Made by a program: the position numbers and the translations under genes
Source of the DNA: a virus
IMG/VR virus record: IMGVR_UViG_3300026256_000121
Span: 10,452-74,451 of that record
Reading direction: 5' to 3' (one strand)
DNA: 64,000 nt
In this document: one piece after another, positions 18,820 to 28,206 of the stretch
How the letters are laid out: the number at the start of each line of letters is the position of its first letter
How positions within the stretch are numbered: the stretch's first letter is position 1
Notes under the pieces: generated by a model
What the model saw: only the letters and a program-made list of their open reading frames with translations
Database searches by the model: none
Told to the model about the DNA's origin: nothing

Positions 18820-20350
18820 TTTCAAGTTCCTCCAACTTGCTTTCTTGTAACTCGGGTTCATTATCAGAATCATCTTCAGTACTGTTAATGTCATCACCTT
18901 CATAAAAAAGATTCTTATAAAATGTACTTGAGTTAATAGTCTTTTTACCCGTTGCACCTCTAGTACCAATAATAGATAACCAAAATCGATTATATTCTTC
19001 TATTACTGCATTTGCTTCATCTTTGTTACTAGTTGCAAATATTGCCTCAACGACATCTTTGAAATAAGTCCTATCAAATTTTTCTTCAACTAACATTTTA
19101 GGAATTACACCATTGTCATATTGTCTATTTGCTTCTTGTACAGCATTAATATGATGCCAAACGTTATGCCCCATTTGAATTGCATAACTAAATGAATCCC
19201 AACTAGTTTTTCCTTCTTTACCTATCTTATTTAGGTCCCCGGGCTTATAATAACATATATCTGAAACTTTTAATCCGTCCGTTATAGGAGAATCTTCAAA
19301 GTTTTTAAATATACCATCTTGTAATACTGCATCTTTAAATAAACGAGAATCTGTAGCATATTTCTTATCATCAACACTCGGCACCATTCGATACACCCAT
19401 TTAGATCTATCTTCTGTTTCTGTTTGAATATAAACTTGTCCATTTGCAGTTGCTAAGAAAGGACTTGCACAATCAAATGTAACTGTAAAGTTTGGATTAT
19501 GATATTTACGAACTGCTCGTTGTACGTCAGTTAGTAAGGCCGCCCATTCAAGTTTAGATGTACCTAAGAAGTGCATGAAGTCATGTTTACCTGTTTCTAA
19601 TAGTCCATCAAAACGTAATGCTACAAGTCTTTTTAATACTAGGTGTATGTCACACATATTTTGACCACCCATCGACCAACCTTTAAAATGATCGCTATAT
19701 TTTTTAGGATCACAATAGTCTTTCATTTGCTGATACCAATCTTCTGCATCAGCATGGTTTTCGCCTTGTAAAACATTTAAGAATTTACAATTACCATTTT
19801 GTTCTTTCATAAAGTAATCGTTATTAATGCGTGTAGCATTAACGGCATCTTGATAATTGTCAATTCCTGTTGCTTTTGCTCCTGCTGGAGAACGTGATAC
19901 CCAAGCTGGAATATCTAAAATCATTCCATAGTCCATATACTCATCCATCCAAGCAAGAACTTGTTCACGTTTCTTTTTAGCTTTAGGACAGTTAGGATCT
20001 TTCCAATCGCCTTCCCAAACACCTTTACCAATTTGGAAACCACCTGAGTCACCAAGTAGCCAACTATTATCACGATCCCTATTACGAATCATATCTTCTT
20101 TAGGTGAATGTTTGTTTATATCTAATTCGGCATGACCTGCACTATATAAACTCCAATGATAGTTGAATAAACCCTTTTGTGGATTTAACCAATTCATACT
20201 CTCTACATCATTTGGAAAGTTAGAAGGGATTCTAGTTTTATCAACATACTCCCCGTGGCGTTGTTTTCCTATATAGGTTGCGAAAAAGCCACTTAATGCT
20301 GGAAGAAAAACTGCATAATCTTTTTGTGCTTTTGTTAGATCTTTGTTCAT
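18764..20350 (-). CDS. dpdA: tRNA-guanine transglycosylase-like protein, putative DNA deazaguanine transglycosylase
   Basis: GDSGGFQ, MILDIP, VLQG, HFLG, FDCASPF TGT-barrel motifs; clustered with folE and queE. Confidence 0.75.
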   Translation of the reverse strand: MNKDLTKAQKDYAVFLPALSGFFATYIGKQRHGEYVDKTRIPSNFPNDVESMNWLNPQKGLFNYHWSLYSAGHAELDINKHSPKEDMIRNRDRDNSWLLGDSGGFQIGKGVWEGDWKDPNCPKAKKKREQVLAWMDEYMDYGMILDIPAWVSRSPAGAKATGIDNYQDAVNATRINNDYFMKEQNGNCKFLNVLQGENHADAEDWYQQMKDYCDPKKYSDHFKGWSMGGQNMCDIHLVLKRLVALRFDGLLETGKHDFMHFLGTSKLEWAALLTDVQRAVRKYHNPNFTVTFDCASPFLATANGQVYIQTETEDRSKWVYRMVPSVDDKKYATDSRLFKDAVLQDGIFKNFEDSPITDGLKVSDICYYKPGDLNKIGKEGKTSWDSFSYAIQMGHNVWHHINAVQEANRQYDNGVIPKMLVEEKFDRTYFKDVVEAIFATSNKDEANAVIEEYNRFWLSIIGTRGATGKKTINSSTFYKNLFYEGDDINSTEDDSDNEPELQESKLEELENEQEQGTEEIRERTPLST

Positions 20351-20358
20351 ATTAACCC

Positions 20359-21093
20359 CTATTTAGATTGTGCTGGCAAAATATAATCGTATTCAGCTAA
20401 TCCAGAATCAACTGTAATTTGCATAGCACCTTGATCGGAAATTTTCATTATTTGCTTTCCGTCGAGACTTAGGATTGCTTGTACTTGTGCTACAGGCCAA
20501 CTCCAAGAATGTTTTAATTCAGTTTCAATGCCTGTATGTTGAAATACAAAGTCACCTGAATGAGTTGAATGATCACCAAAGTAAAATACTAAAGTCTTGT
20601 CTACAGTTTTTACTGTGAAAACAGTTTCTTCAGCATGTGCGGCACTTTGTAGTTTCATTCTATTAATCGATGCCATAGTTGGTTCAAACTCAACTTCCCA
20701 TGTTGCACCTTTAAACTTTACAGATTTAAGTTTCTCATTAATAATTTCGCTATTCATAAAACGATAATCGTTTTTGAAATCACCTGCTTCATTTTCAAAG
20801 TGTATATGTGTTGGAATTGTAACACCGTTTCTATCTGCTTTCTCCACAGATAGTTTTGCATTTTTTTGATATTCTGGATTCTTTAAATGCAAAGCTAACT
20901 TATCTAAGTTAGGCATACCAAATGTTTCGTTAAATTCAGTAACTGGTGCTTTAGTTTTAGATGAAAGAATTACTGATCGATCTTCAGCCATACTTTCAAT
21001 TGTTGTTGATGTTGCATCACCTGTAACTTTAATTAGATTTAAAAAACCTAACGAATGTGTATGTGCAACAATGTCTTGTAAGATATCTTTCAT
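20359..21093 (-). CDS. Putative DNA sliding clamp
   Basis: 244 aa, clamp-like length and pattern; near PolB; clamp loader present in the window. Confidence 0.6.
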   Translation of the reverse strand: MKDILQDIVAHTHSLGFLNLIKVTGDATSTTIESMAEDRSVILSSKTKAPVTEFNETFGMPNLDKLALHLKNPEYQKNAKLSVEKADRNGVTIPTHIHFENEAGDFKNDYRFMNSEIINEKLKSVKFKGATWEVEFEPTMASINRMKLQSAAHAEETVFTVKTVDKTLVFYFGDHSTHSGDFVFQHTGIETELKHSWSWPVAQVQAILSLDGKQIMKISDQGAMQITVDSGLAEYDYILPAQSK

Positions 21094-21118
21094 AAATTCA
21101 TTTCTCCATTTAAATTAT

Positions 21119-21147
21119 ATTATACTTAAAAATTATTAAAAAGTCAA
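21119..21147 (-). promoter_or_regulatory. sigma70-type promoter
   Basis: TTGACT-17-TATAAT. Confidence 0.75.
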
Positions 21148-21881
21148 GCATTATTTGCCATGTTTAACTCATCAAAGTACTCAAAAATATTAATACTAGG
21201 TTTCCAACCTATTTCTATTAATTTACTAATGTCGGCTTGATTATCAAGTCGTTCATGTTTATCACCAATTTTTTCTTTAGGAGTTAATCCTATATGATTA
21301 GTAATGTCTTTTATTGGATAGGATTGTCCTGTGCCTAGGTCAAATACCCCAGTTAATGGATGAGTCATTAGCAACATAAGTGCATCACAAACGTCTGTAA
21401 CATGAATAAAATCTCTTTTGTGGTTGCTATTGATAAATTGTATATCTTTTCTTAAGAGCTTTGGAATAAACATATCTGGTCGAGGTTCCTGGTCTCCATT
21501 GTATATAGTCGTAAAACGTAGGCCTAATGCATGATCTGGGGCAATGCCTTCAATAGTTTTTTTTGATAATGCATAAGGATTCCTCCAAGGTTCTTTAGCA
21601 GTACTAGAACTTGCGTAGATAATTCGAGTATTTGGAAATGCTTCAAATAATCTATGTGATGCCATTACGTTGTGTTCGAAGTATTCTTTAGGGTTATCTA
21701 TACTTTTTCTAACTCCACTTTTACCAGCTAGATGAAATATAACATCAACATCATAATCTAAATTACAGTTTCGTAGATCTTGACCATCTAGTAAATCAAT
21801 AGTTTTTACATCATGATTAAATAAATGGTTTTGTAATTCTTGTCCGACCATTCCCGAACTTCCTGTTATTAATATTCTCAT
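21144..21881 (-). CDS. NAD-dependent sugar epimerase/dehydratase (extended SDR)
   Basis: TGSSGMVG, HLAG, YASSS, YALSK, RDFIHV motifs. Confidence 0.9.
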   Translation of the reverse strand: MRILITGSSGMVGQELQNHLFNHDVKTIDLLDGQDLRNCNLDYDVDVIFHLAGKSGVRKSIDNPKEYFEHNVMASHRLFEAFPNTRIIYASSSTAKEPWRNPYALSKKTIEGIAPDHALGLRFTTIYNGDQEPRPDMFIPKLLRKDIQFINSNHKRDFIHVTDVCDALMLLMTHPLTGVFDLGTGQSYPIKDITNHIGLTPKEKIGDKHERLDNQADISKLIEIGWKPSINIFEYFDELNMANNA

Positions 21882-22303
21882 ACTTTACCAATCATTCGTT
21901 CTTGGAACCGTTCTCTTAAACCACTACTAGAAAATCTATGATTGCGTTGATTATAATGATGTTCTATTCCTAAACGTTCACCTGTTGCTTTACCACTAAA
22001 GTCTTTGCCTTCATATTCTACACCTAATATTCGTACATTAATATTATTGTAAAGTTCTAATATATCGTCAATATCTTTTTCTCGTACATACGGAATAATT
22101 TCATCAACATACTTTACACCCTTTAATTGAGTATACCTTTCAACTACAGTTTGAATTGGTTTATTTTTTCCTGGTCTCTCCATTGAAGGATCTATTTGTA
22201 ACCCGCATATAAGATAATCACATTGATCTTTTGCTTCACGTAACATAGCAATATGACCAGCATGTAATAAATCAAATGTAGAAAAAGTTATACCTACTTT
22301 CAT
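21878..22303 (-). CDS. Cytidylyltransferase (TagD-like)
   Basis: FDLLHAGH, ERY, RFSSSGLR motifs. Confidence 0.85.
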   Translation of the reverse strand: MKVGITFSTFDLLHAGHIAMLREAKDQCDYLICGLQIDPSMERPGKNKPIQTVVERYTQLKGVKYVDEIIPYVREKDIDDILELYNNINVRILGVEYEGKDFSGKATGERLGIEHHYNQRNHRFSSSGLRERFQERMIGKV

Positions 22304-22830
22304 TTTTTAATTCCAAAGTGCTTATATGTTTGTTGTACGCATTTAGCTTGATAGTAACAATCTGCTAAGGCGTTGTGTGCGTCGCTCTGTATTGCTTTAC
22401 GAGGGTCTTTAGGCATCATTGCAAACAATGTACGACTATCGCGAATTTGCCAAAAGTTCCAAGGAATAGGAATTTGTAAATTCTTATATAGATTTTCTAA
22501 GATAGCATAATCAAATAGTGGACCTTGGCACCACAAATAATCTAAGCCTACACACCATTTATTTAGGCTTTTAGTTAATTCTTTTAAGCCAACTCTATCT
22601 CCGTCACCAAGAGCTTCTTCACGTATGCTTTCGTCTTGTTTGCCCCACCAATCTAAAGTGCTTTGGTCGATAGTACGACCTATCTCTGTTTGATCGTCTA
22701 CATTAACACGTAAGTATAGACCATCGGATGGTTCGACATTAGTGTAAGGATCAAACTTAATTGCTCCTAAAGTTAGTATTACTGTATCAGGACTAGTACC
22801 TAATGTTTCTAAATCTATCATTCCATGCAT
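22300..22830 (-). CDS. DEDDh 3'-5' exonuclease
   Basis: MIDLETLG, FDY, RDSRT, HNALAD motifs. Confidence 0.9.
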   Translation of the reverse strand: MHGMIDLETLGTSPDTVILTLGAIKFDPYTNVEPSDGLYLRVNVDDQTEIGRTIDQSTLDWWGKQDESIREEALGDGDRVGLKELTKSLNKWCVGLDYLWCQGPLFDYAILENLYKNLQIPIPWNFWQIRDSRTLFAMMPKDPRKAIQSDAHNALADCYYQAKCVQQTYKHFGIKK

Positions 22831-25505
22831 TATTCATTACCTCCAAAGTCAAATAGCGAACCAAATGTGTTATTTTGTAATGTACTTTGGATATCCCAAT
22901 CAAGTACTCCGATTAAGTTGCTTAGTTTGTTATCTATAATAGTTGATTCCATAGCATCGTTGTCAAATGGAAGTTCTTTAAACCAATCAGGTAATCGTAA
23001 TTCGTCTGTTGGATATGCAACACTTGTATACCCTAATGGATTTTGTTTTAATTTACAAACAATAACTTTCATACCATCTACAATTTCCTGACTATACTTG
23101 TCTCCGTTCATGCGTTTTAACGTATTCCAATTAATACTTGCTCGAACGTGTCCGGGCATATTTGCTTTACCTTCTTTTTCTTCTTTACGTCTATAATCTC
23201 CAATTTTATTTGCACGTTTCGGAGAACCTTTTTCATATCCAGGACGTAATTTAAATTCTGTTCTAAATTCTGTAATACGTTTTAATACTTCAGCTTCTGT
23301 TTGATTAGTTAATACCATAAGCAATAGTTCACTTAAGAAGTTTTGCATAAACTCAGGTGTATCAGAACGTTTTAAGTCTAAACCCATTGCTTTTACTTTA
23401 CCAGGCTTGTCATTTGTATCTTTACGTTCACCTTCTTCATCGTAAATTAGTGCCGCATATCTTTTCTTAGTAATATATAATCCACTTTCTGCAACAATTT
23501 CTCTACCTGCGGCAATAACATCTGCACGAGTTTTCGGACAATGAAAAGCCTTGCTCATAAATTCTATAAAGGTTTTATTAACTTCACCTGCTACTTGGTC
23601 GTATAATTTAATAACACTTTCTTTATCCCAAGGTATATCTTTGTTTTCTATTTCTTTTTTCAAAACAGGAAACGCAGAAAAGTATACAGAATCTGTATCA
23701 CCATAAATTACTGCATCACCAACGTGATCGTATTCGCCTGTGATTACTTTATTACATTCAGCACTCATATGTTTTGCAATTTGCCTACCAGTAAGTGTAG
23801 TTGATTGACCAATACGTTTGTCAAAGAATCTACAACCAGGATTTAGTATTGCACCATATAAACTATTTAGGTTAATCTTCTTAACAAGTTGTCGTTTATC
23901 CCAGAATGCTATTTCTATTTTATTACCAGCTTCAATGGCTTTCCCCTTCATTGCTTGTAATTCTTTACGTTCTGCATACCAACGTTTTAGCAATCCAGGA
24001 ATAACACCGTCAAATTCAGTTGTTAAAATAGTTCCATTAGCAGATAACATCCACGGATTTCGCGAATTAAAAATAACATTATATACTTCGGCCGCACTCA
24101 TTAGTTGTTCGTCACCATTTTCCCAATCAACAGTAATATCAACATCTTTGCGTTGCTCCATTACAGCATCATACTCTAGTGTACCAAATCGTCCTTCCCA
24201 AGCACCTGCAAACGATTTTTTCTGTAGTGTCATTGCTTCTTCAACCATTGCATCTGTATCAGATGGTCTTAGTTGTCCTACTATAGTTGCAGGATCCATA
24301 TTCAATGCTCTAATAACAGATGGATATAGTGAATTTAAGTCCATTGAACCAATCCACTTATGTAAACCTTTCTTAGGAAATGCAACATAGGCACCAGCGG
24401 CTGGTTCACTACCTGGTTCACGTTTAATTCTATTAGGAACTTGTAGACCTCTGCCATGAGCTTCGTTAATAATTGCTTGTTCTGTAACTGCAACGGCACC
24501 CATTGTAGTCTGTAGCAAAACAGTATTTGCGTGTGCTAGTTCATTTGATAAATCAATAAACTTTAGTTTTTGGTCCAGCTTGTCCAGTAATGCAACATCT
24601 TGTCTGTTGTATTCAATGAATGTCTTGAAGTCATTGTTATAAAGTTGATCGAGCGTACCTTCGTAAACAGTTTTTTGCTCACCGATCTCAGTTTCGCCAA
24701 TAGCATCAAGTCTGTATGTGTGTCTTTCTTCATACGTATATTTACGATATAATTCTAAACTATCTAAATGTACTCTACCTATTAAGTCATAGGTTTCAGC
24801 TTTTTTACCGTATTTTTCGTATTCACGTTTCTTAGGCAATTGTCCCCAAAGACAAAAACGTCTTGTATCATCTTTGCTTAATACTCTGCTTACTCTATTA
24901 ACTGTATATGGAATATCATATCCTTCGCTATTCCAACCAGTAAGAATATCAGCATCTTCGATTAAGTCAAGAAATGTTTTTAACATATCTCCTTCTTTTT
25001 CGAATAAATGTGTATTAGGGAATTCCTTTGTTTGTTCTTTAGCTTCTTCCATTGTAAGTGTTTTCGGAGGAACTGCTAAAGTAACAAGAGTATTCATCCA
25101 TTGTAGATGTACACTAATTGCAGTTATAGGCATAAACGGCTCACTAGGATCAGCAAAGCCACGTTCAGGATCAAAATCTGTTTCAATATCAAAAAATGCT
25201 ACATTAAGTTTCGGAGCATCAACGTTAAGATAGTTTTCGCTTAAACATTGAAAGATAGGATTAATATCACTTTCAAATAATTGTTTTGTATTGTTAATTG
25301 CAAGTTCTTTACGGAAGTCTTTAGTAGACTTTGAAACAATTCTATTTAAAGGATCACCATAAATGCTTTTATACTTGCCACGTGGGTCTTTGTAAAAGAA
25401 TGTATACTTAATAGGGTATTCAGTAAAATGCCTTTTACCTTCTTTGCGTTCTACAACACGAAGAATATCTGCATTTCTATCAAATAGAGCATCAACGTAA
25501 CTCAT
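22830..25505 (-). CDS. polB: Family B DNA polymerase
   Basis: DIET exo I, DLNSLYPS, KINLNSLYG, YGDTDS, KKRY motifs; no intein or intron seen. Confidence 0.97.
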   Translation of the reverse strand: MSYVDALFDRNADILRVVERKEGKRHFTEYPIKYTFFYKDPRGKYKSIYGDPLNRIVSKSTKDFRKELAINNTKQLFESDINPIFQCLSENYLNVDAPKLNVAFFDIETDFDPERGFADPSEPFMPITAISVHLQWMNTLVTLAVPPKTLTMEEAKEQTKEFPNTHLFEKEGDMLKTFLDLIEDADILTGWNSEGYDIPYTVNRVSRVLSKDDTRRFCLWGQLPKKREYEKYGKKAETYDLIGRVHLDSLELYRKYTYEERHTYRLDAIGETEIGEQKTVYEGTLDQLYNNDFKTFIEYNRQDVALLDKLDQKLKFIDLSNELAHANTVLLQTTMGAVAVTEQAIINEAHGRGLQVPNRIKREPGSEPAAGAYVAFPKKGLHKWIGSMDLNSLYPSVIRALNMDPATIVGQLRPSDTDAMVEEAMTLQKKSFAGAWEGRFGTLEYDAVMEQRKDVDITVDWENGDEQLMSAAEVYNVIFNSRNPWMLSANGTILTTEFDGVIPGLLKRWYAERKELQAMKGKAIEAGNKIEIAFWDKRQLVKKINLNSLYGAILNPGCRFFDKRIGQSTTLTGRQIAKHMSAECNKVITGEYDHVGDAVIYGDTDSVYFSAFPVLKKEIENKDIPWDKESVIKLYDQVAGEVNKTFIEFMSKAFHCPKTRADVIAAGREIVAESGLYITKKRYAALIYDEEGERKDTNDKPGKVKAMGLDLKRSDTPEFMQNFLSELLLMVLTNQTEAEVLKRITEFRTEFKLRPGYEKGSPKRANKIGDYRRKEEKEGKANMPGHVRASINWNTLKRMNGDKYSQEIVDGMKVIVCKLKQNPLGYTSVAYPTDELRLPDWFKELPFDNDAMESTIIDNKLSNLIGVLDWDIQSTLQNNTFGSLFDFGGNE

Positions 25506-25516
25506 TTAATACTCCT

Positions 25517-25837
25517 TTATCTACGTAGGCCCTTAGGACCGTGCCAAAAATAATCATTATCACTTGTTGCCTTATCATCTATCCATAAATCGTAATGTGG
25601 TTTGCATGTTTTTACAGAAGTAAACTTTACTCCCCAGCCTTTTAATTGTTCTTTAGTAAACTCTATCCAATCTATTCCAGACTTTGCACCCCTGGCTGTC
25701 CAGTAATGTATTTCATCGCCTTTATCAAATAGTTCATTTAAATACTCTATTCTAGCTTGTTTAGGTTTACTTTCTTTATATTTGTTACCATCAGTATAAC
25801 ATATTGTACCGTCTATGTCTACCATATAGATTGTCAT
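25517..25837 (-). CDS. HAD-family phosphatase (capsule-biosynthesis type)
   Basis: VDIDGTIC, WTARG, KP...WIDDK; start at MTIY by ATGA coupling. Confidence 0.85.
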   Translation of the reverse strand: MTIYMVDIDGTICYTDGNKYKESKPKQARIEYLNELFDKGDEIHYWTARGAKSGIDWIEFTKEQLKGWGVKFTSVKTCKPHYDLWIDDKATSDNDYFWHGPKGLRR

Positions 25838-26112
25838 AAAAATAATTTCCAAAGTGCTATAGCATTCATAAGAGTAAACCATGAACACAATATAATAACA
25901 AATGCCGCTCGTCTAATGACTGCACTTATAATACCAAAAATTGATCCAATAAAGTACATTGGTATAAAAATCTTGGTTGCTGGATCTAGTACAGTAAATG
26001 TAAGAATTGCACTTGCACTAATTAATAAACTTGCCTCAATCATTTCACAATAAAATGCTGTAGGACTTAATCTATAAGATTCTTTAAAAAAGTTTTGTAT
26101 TCGAAATATCAC
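25834..26112 (-). CDS. Small membrane protein
   Basis: Three hydrophobic segments. Confidence 0.65.
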   Translation of the reverse strand: MIFRIQNFFKESYRLSPTAFYCEMIEASLLISASAILTFTVLDPATKIFIPMYFIGSIFGIISAVIRRAAFVIILCSWFTLMNAIALWKLFL

Positions 26113-26372
26113 AGTTTGTCTTTGCCAACCGTAGCAACTAAAGTTTCTAAGTCGTCAAATGCATCAGCAGTCGCTAACCAATCTCCTTTATGAGCAATTT
26201 TAATTGCTTTAGTAATAAGAGATGGTTTCATATCTAATTCTTCTGCTACTGCTTTGACAGTATCTTTTAGTCCGGCATTAAGATCTTCAATTTCTTGTAG
26301 AACTGTTGCGCCTTCATTTACTAGTCTTGTTAATTTGTCTTTCTCTTCGGGGCCGTATGTGCGGTCACTCAT
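26109..26372 (-). CDS. Small helical DNA-binding protein (T4 dsbA/GapR-like)
   Basis: LKDTVKAVAEELDMKPSLITKAIK pattern; GGAGG SD. Confidence 0.55.
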   Translation of the reverse strand: MSDRTYGPEEKDKLTRLVNEGATVLQEIEDLNAGLKDTVKAVAEELDMKPSLITKAIKIAHKGDWLATADAFDDLETLVATVGKDKL

Positions 26373-26396
26373 GTTTTACCTCCAGGTTATTAGTAT

Positions 26397-26425
26397 ATTA
26401 TACTTGTTTTCTTGTCTAATGTCAA
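26397..26425 (-). promoter_or_regulatory. sigma70-type promoter heading the polB operon
   Basis: TTGACA-17-TATAAT, perfect. Confidence 0.8.
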
Positions 26426-26994
26426 GTGTTTTCTGCAATTTTTTTTGGATTAGCTTTCTCTAATTTATATGCAATATTTCCAGCTATACAAATTCTATTA
26501 TGATCGCATTCGTGTTTTGGTACAGAATGTGATATTGGTCCAGGAAAAATTATAACTAATCCTGTATTTGGTTTGATGGCTTTTCCTGCTCCTGGAAATA
26601 CCAATGGAGCACATTTTGGACAAGCATCAACATAATATACGAAACCCCATTGTGCTGGCCAATGAGCATGAGGGTTAGTATAGTCGCCTGTTTTATAATT
26701 AACACCCCAGCAATCAACACAATAAAGTTTTGTTGTGTCTTTTGGTGCAGACGGTGTGTCGCTTAGTTTTAAAGTTTCAATTACCCAATCAATTATAGGA
26801 ATAAAGTCTTTATTTGAAAACATGTCCCACGATGTCATGTTCGCTTGAACATTTGTTCTTCTGTACTGTTTATCGCCTTCTTGTTTAATAAGTTGGGTGA
26901 GATGTTCTTTCACTTCTGTTGCTTTTGAGTATACATTAGTATACACATCAAATTGTTCAGTAAATGATAGTTGTTCTATTCTAAAATCTTGCAT
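26422..26994 (-). CDS. 2OG-Fe(II) oxygenase (TIGR02466-like)
   Basis: HAH, FPG...HSV, RICIAGN motifs. Confidence 0.8.
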   Translation of the reverse strand: MQDFRIEQLSFTEQFDVYTNVYSKATEVKEHLTQLIKQEGDKQYRRTNVQANMTSWDMFSNKDFIPIIDWVIETLKLSDTPSAPKDTTKLYCVDCWGVNYKTGDYTNPHAHWPAQWGFVYYVDACPKCAPLVFPGAGKAIKPNTGLVIIFPGPISHSVPKHECDHNRICIAGNIAYKLEKANPKKIAENT

Positions 26995-27039
26995 AACAAT
27001 ACTTATGTACTGCTAAGGTTCTTAGATATGCCTTCCGGC

Positions 27040-27804
27040 TTATTGCCCGGCGTTAGCTTGTTTCATTAATAGTTTAAATTTAGAAAATAATTGAGGATCT
27101 TGCATCATCTTTTGAATGCTTTGTGTATAAGGTGCTATTGCTTTTATTAAATTAGGAGGTAATGTACTTCCTGAGGCAACTTTATCCATTCCTTTAGCAA
27201 CCATACCGCCACTTGCTGAACCGCCAGCTACACTTTTTAGTGCTGTGGCTCTTTGTGCAACTTTTTGTGTTGCTTTTTGGTCTGGTTTTCCTGCTGGTTG
27301 TCCTGGTGGAATTTCTTGTGCTGGTGTTTGTGCTTGTTGTTGTTTAAAACCTTGTGCCGCCTGTTGTGCTACACCTTTAACTTTATCAACACCTTGTCCA
27401 ACTGCCGCGCCTGCCTGTTGTGCAATTGCTCCAACTCCGCCTGCGGCGTCAACAGCTTGTCCAACGGCTTTGGCTCCTTGAGCAATTCCACGTCCAGCCG
27501 CTTTGGCTCCTTGACCAGCCGCCTTAGCTCCTGCTTTAGCTCCTTTAACAGCTAACTTACCAGCCGCCTTAGCTCCTGCTTTAGCTCCTTTAACAGCTAA
27601 CTTGCCTCCAGCCTTTGCCGCTTTGGCTCCTACTTTACCAACACCTTTTGCTACTGCTCCTGCACCCTTCGCCGCCATTCTTCCTATGCCAGCAAGTGCA
27701 GGTAATATTTCATTTATTTCTTCGTCAGACATACCTTCAGTAATATAACCATACTTCTTCCCAAAATTGATTAGAGCATCTCTTTCAAATTGATGAAATC
27801 TCAT
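27040..27804 (-). CDS. Gly/Ala/Lys-rich putative internal head protein
   Basis: MRFHQFE leader; amphipathic GAK repeats. Confidence 0.65.
   Translation of the reverse strand: MRFHQFERDALINFGKKYGYITEGMSDEEINEILPALAGIGRMAAKGAGAVAKGVGKVGAKAAKAGGKLAVKGAKAGAKAAGKLAVKGAKAGAKAAGQGAKAAGRGIAQGAKAVGQAVDAAGGVGAIAQQAGAAVGQGVDKVKGVAQQAAQGFKQQQAQTPAQEIPPGQPAGKPDQKATQKVAQRATALKSVAGGSASGGMVAKGMDKVASGSTLPPNLIKAIAPYTQSIQKMMQDPQLFSKFKLLMKQANAGQ
27515..27603. repeat. 45-bp in-frame tandem repeat x2 (GKLAVKGAKAGAKAA)
   Basis: ccagccgccttagctcctgctttagctcctttaacagctaactt occurs twice. Confidence 0.85.
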
Positions 27805-27915
27805 TTACTTTTTCCAGAATTTAAATTTAGTAAGAAGTTCTTGCAAGTCTTCAAATTTTTCGTTTATATACCAACCTGCTACGAATCCTATAATAAAGCC
27901 AATTGTTAAAAACAT
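27805..27915 (-). CDS. 36-aa membrane peptide (not in ORF track)
   Basis: MFLTIGFIIGFVAGWYINEKFEDLQELLTKFKFWKK*; GGAGG SD; abuts both neighbours. Confidence 0.7.
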   Translation of the reverse strand: MFLTIGFIIGFVAGWYINEKFEDLQELLTKFKFWKK

Positions 27916-28206
27916 CTAGCCCTCCAGCTTTTTAAGTTGTTTTTGTAATATTAGTATTTGTTTTTTTAATAATGCGTTTTGTTTTTCTAAATCAACTTCT
28001 TTTGTCTTATCATCTTTAGGCTCTGCGGCTTTGCCAGTCCAGCCTGCTTTTGTTGGTCCTGCTATATCAGTACCAGTAGCTGGTTCTACAGTCATATCTC
28101 TTCCAGAGGCTTTACCGAGGCCTTTATTAAATTTATCAAACCCAGCTCCTGCACCTTTTTTAAAAGCGTCCCAGCCCGGTCCTTCAATAAGATCTCTAAT
28201 TTTCAT
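27916..28206 (-). CDS. Putative internal head protein
   Basis: MKIRDLIE leader. Confidence 0.6.
   Translation of the reverse strand: MKIRDLIEGPGWDAFKKGAGAGFDKFNKGLGKASGRDMTVEPATGTDIAGPTKAGWTGKAAEPKDDKTKEVDLEKQNALLKKQILILQKQLKKLEG

Noticed and set aside
23818-25233. Plus-strand ORFs of 190 and 119 aa
   Set aside because: Antisense to polB; no independent signals.
27245-27555. Cys-rich plus-strand ORFs resembling metallothionein
   Set aside because: Artefact of antisense reading of GCA/CAA-rich Ala/Gln codons in the 254-aa gene.
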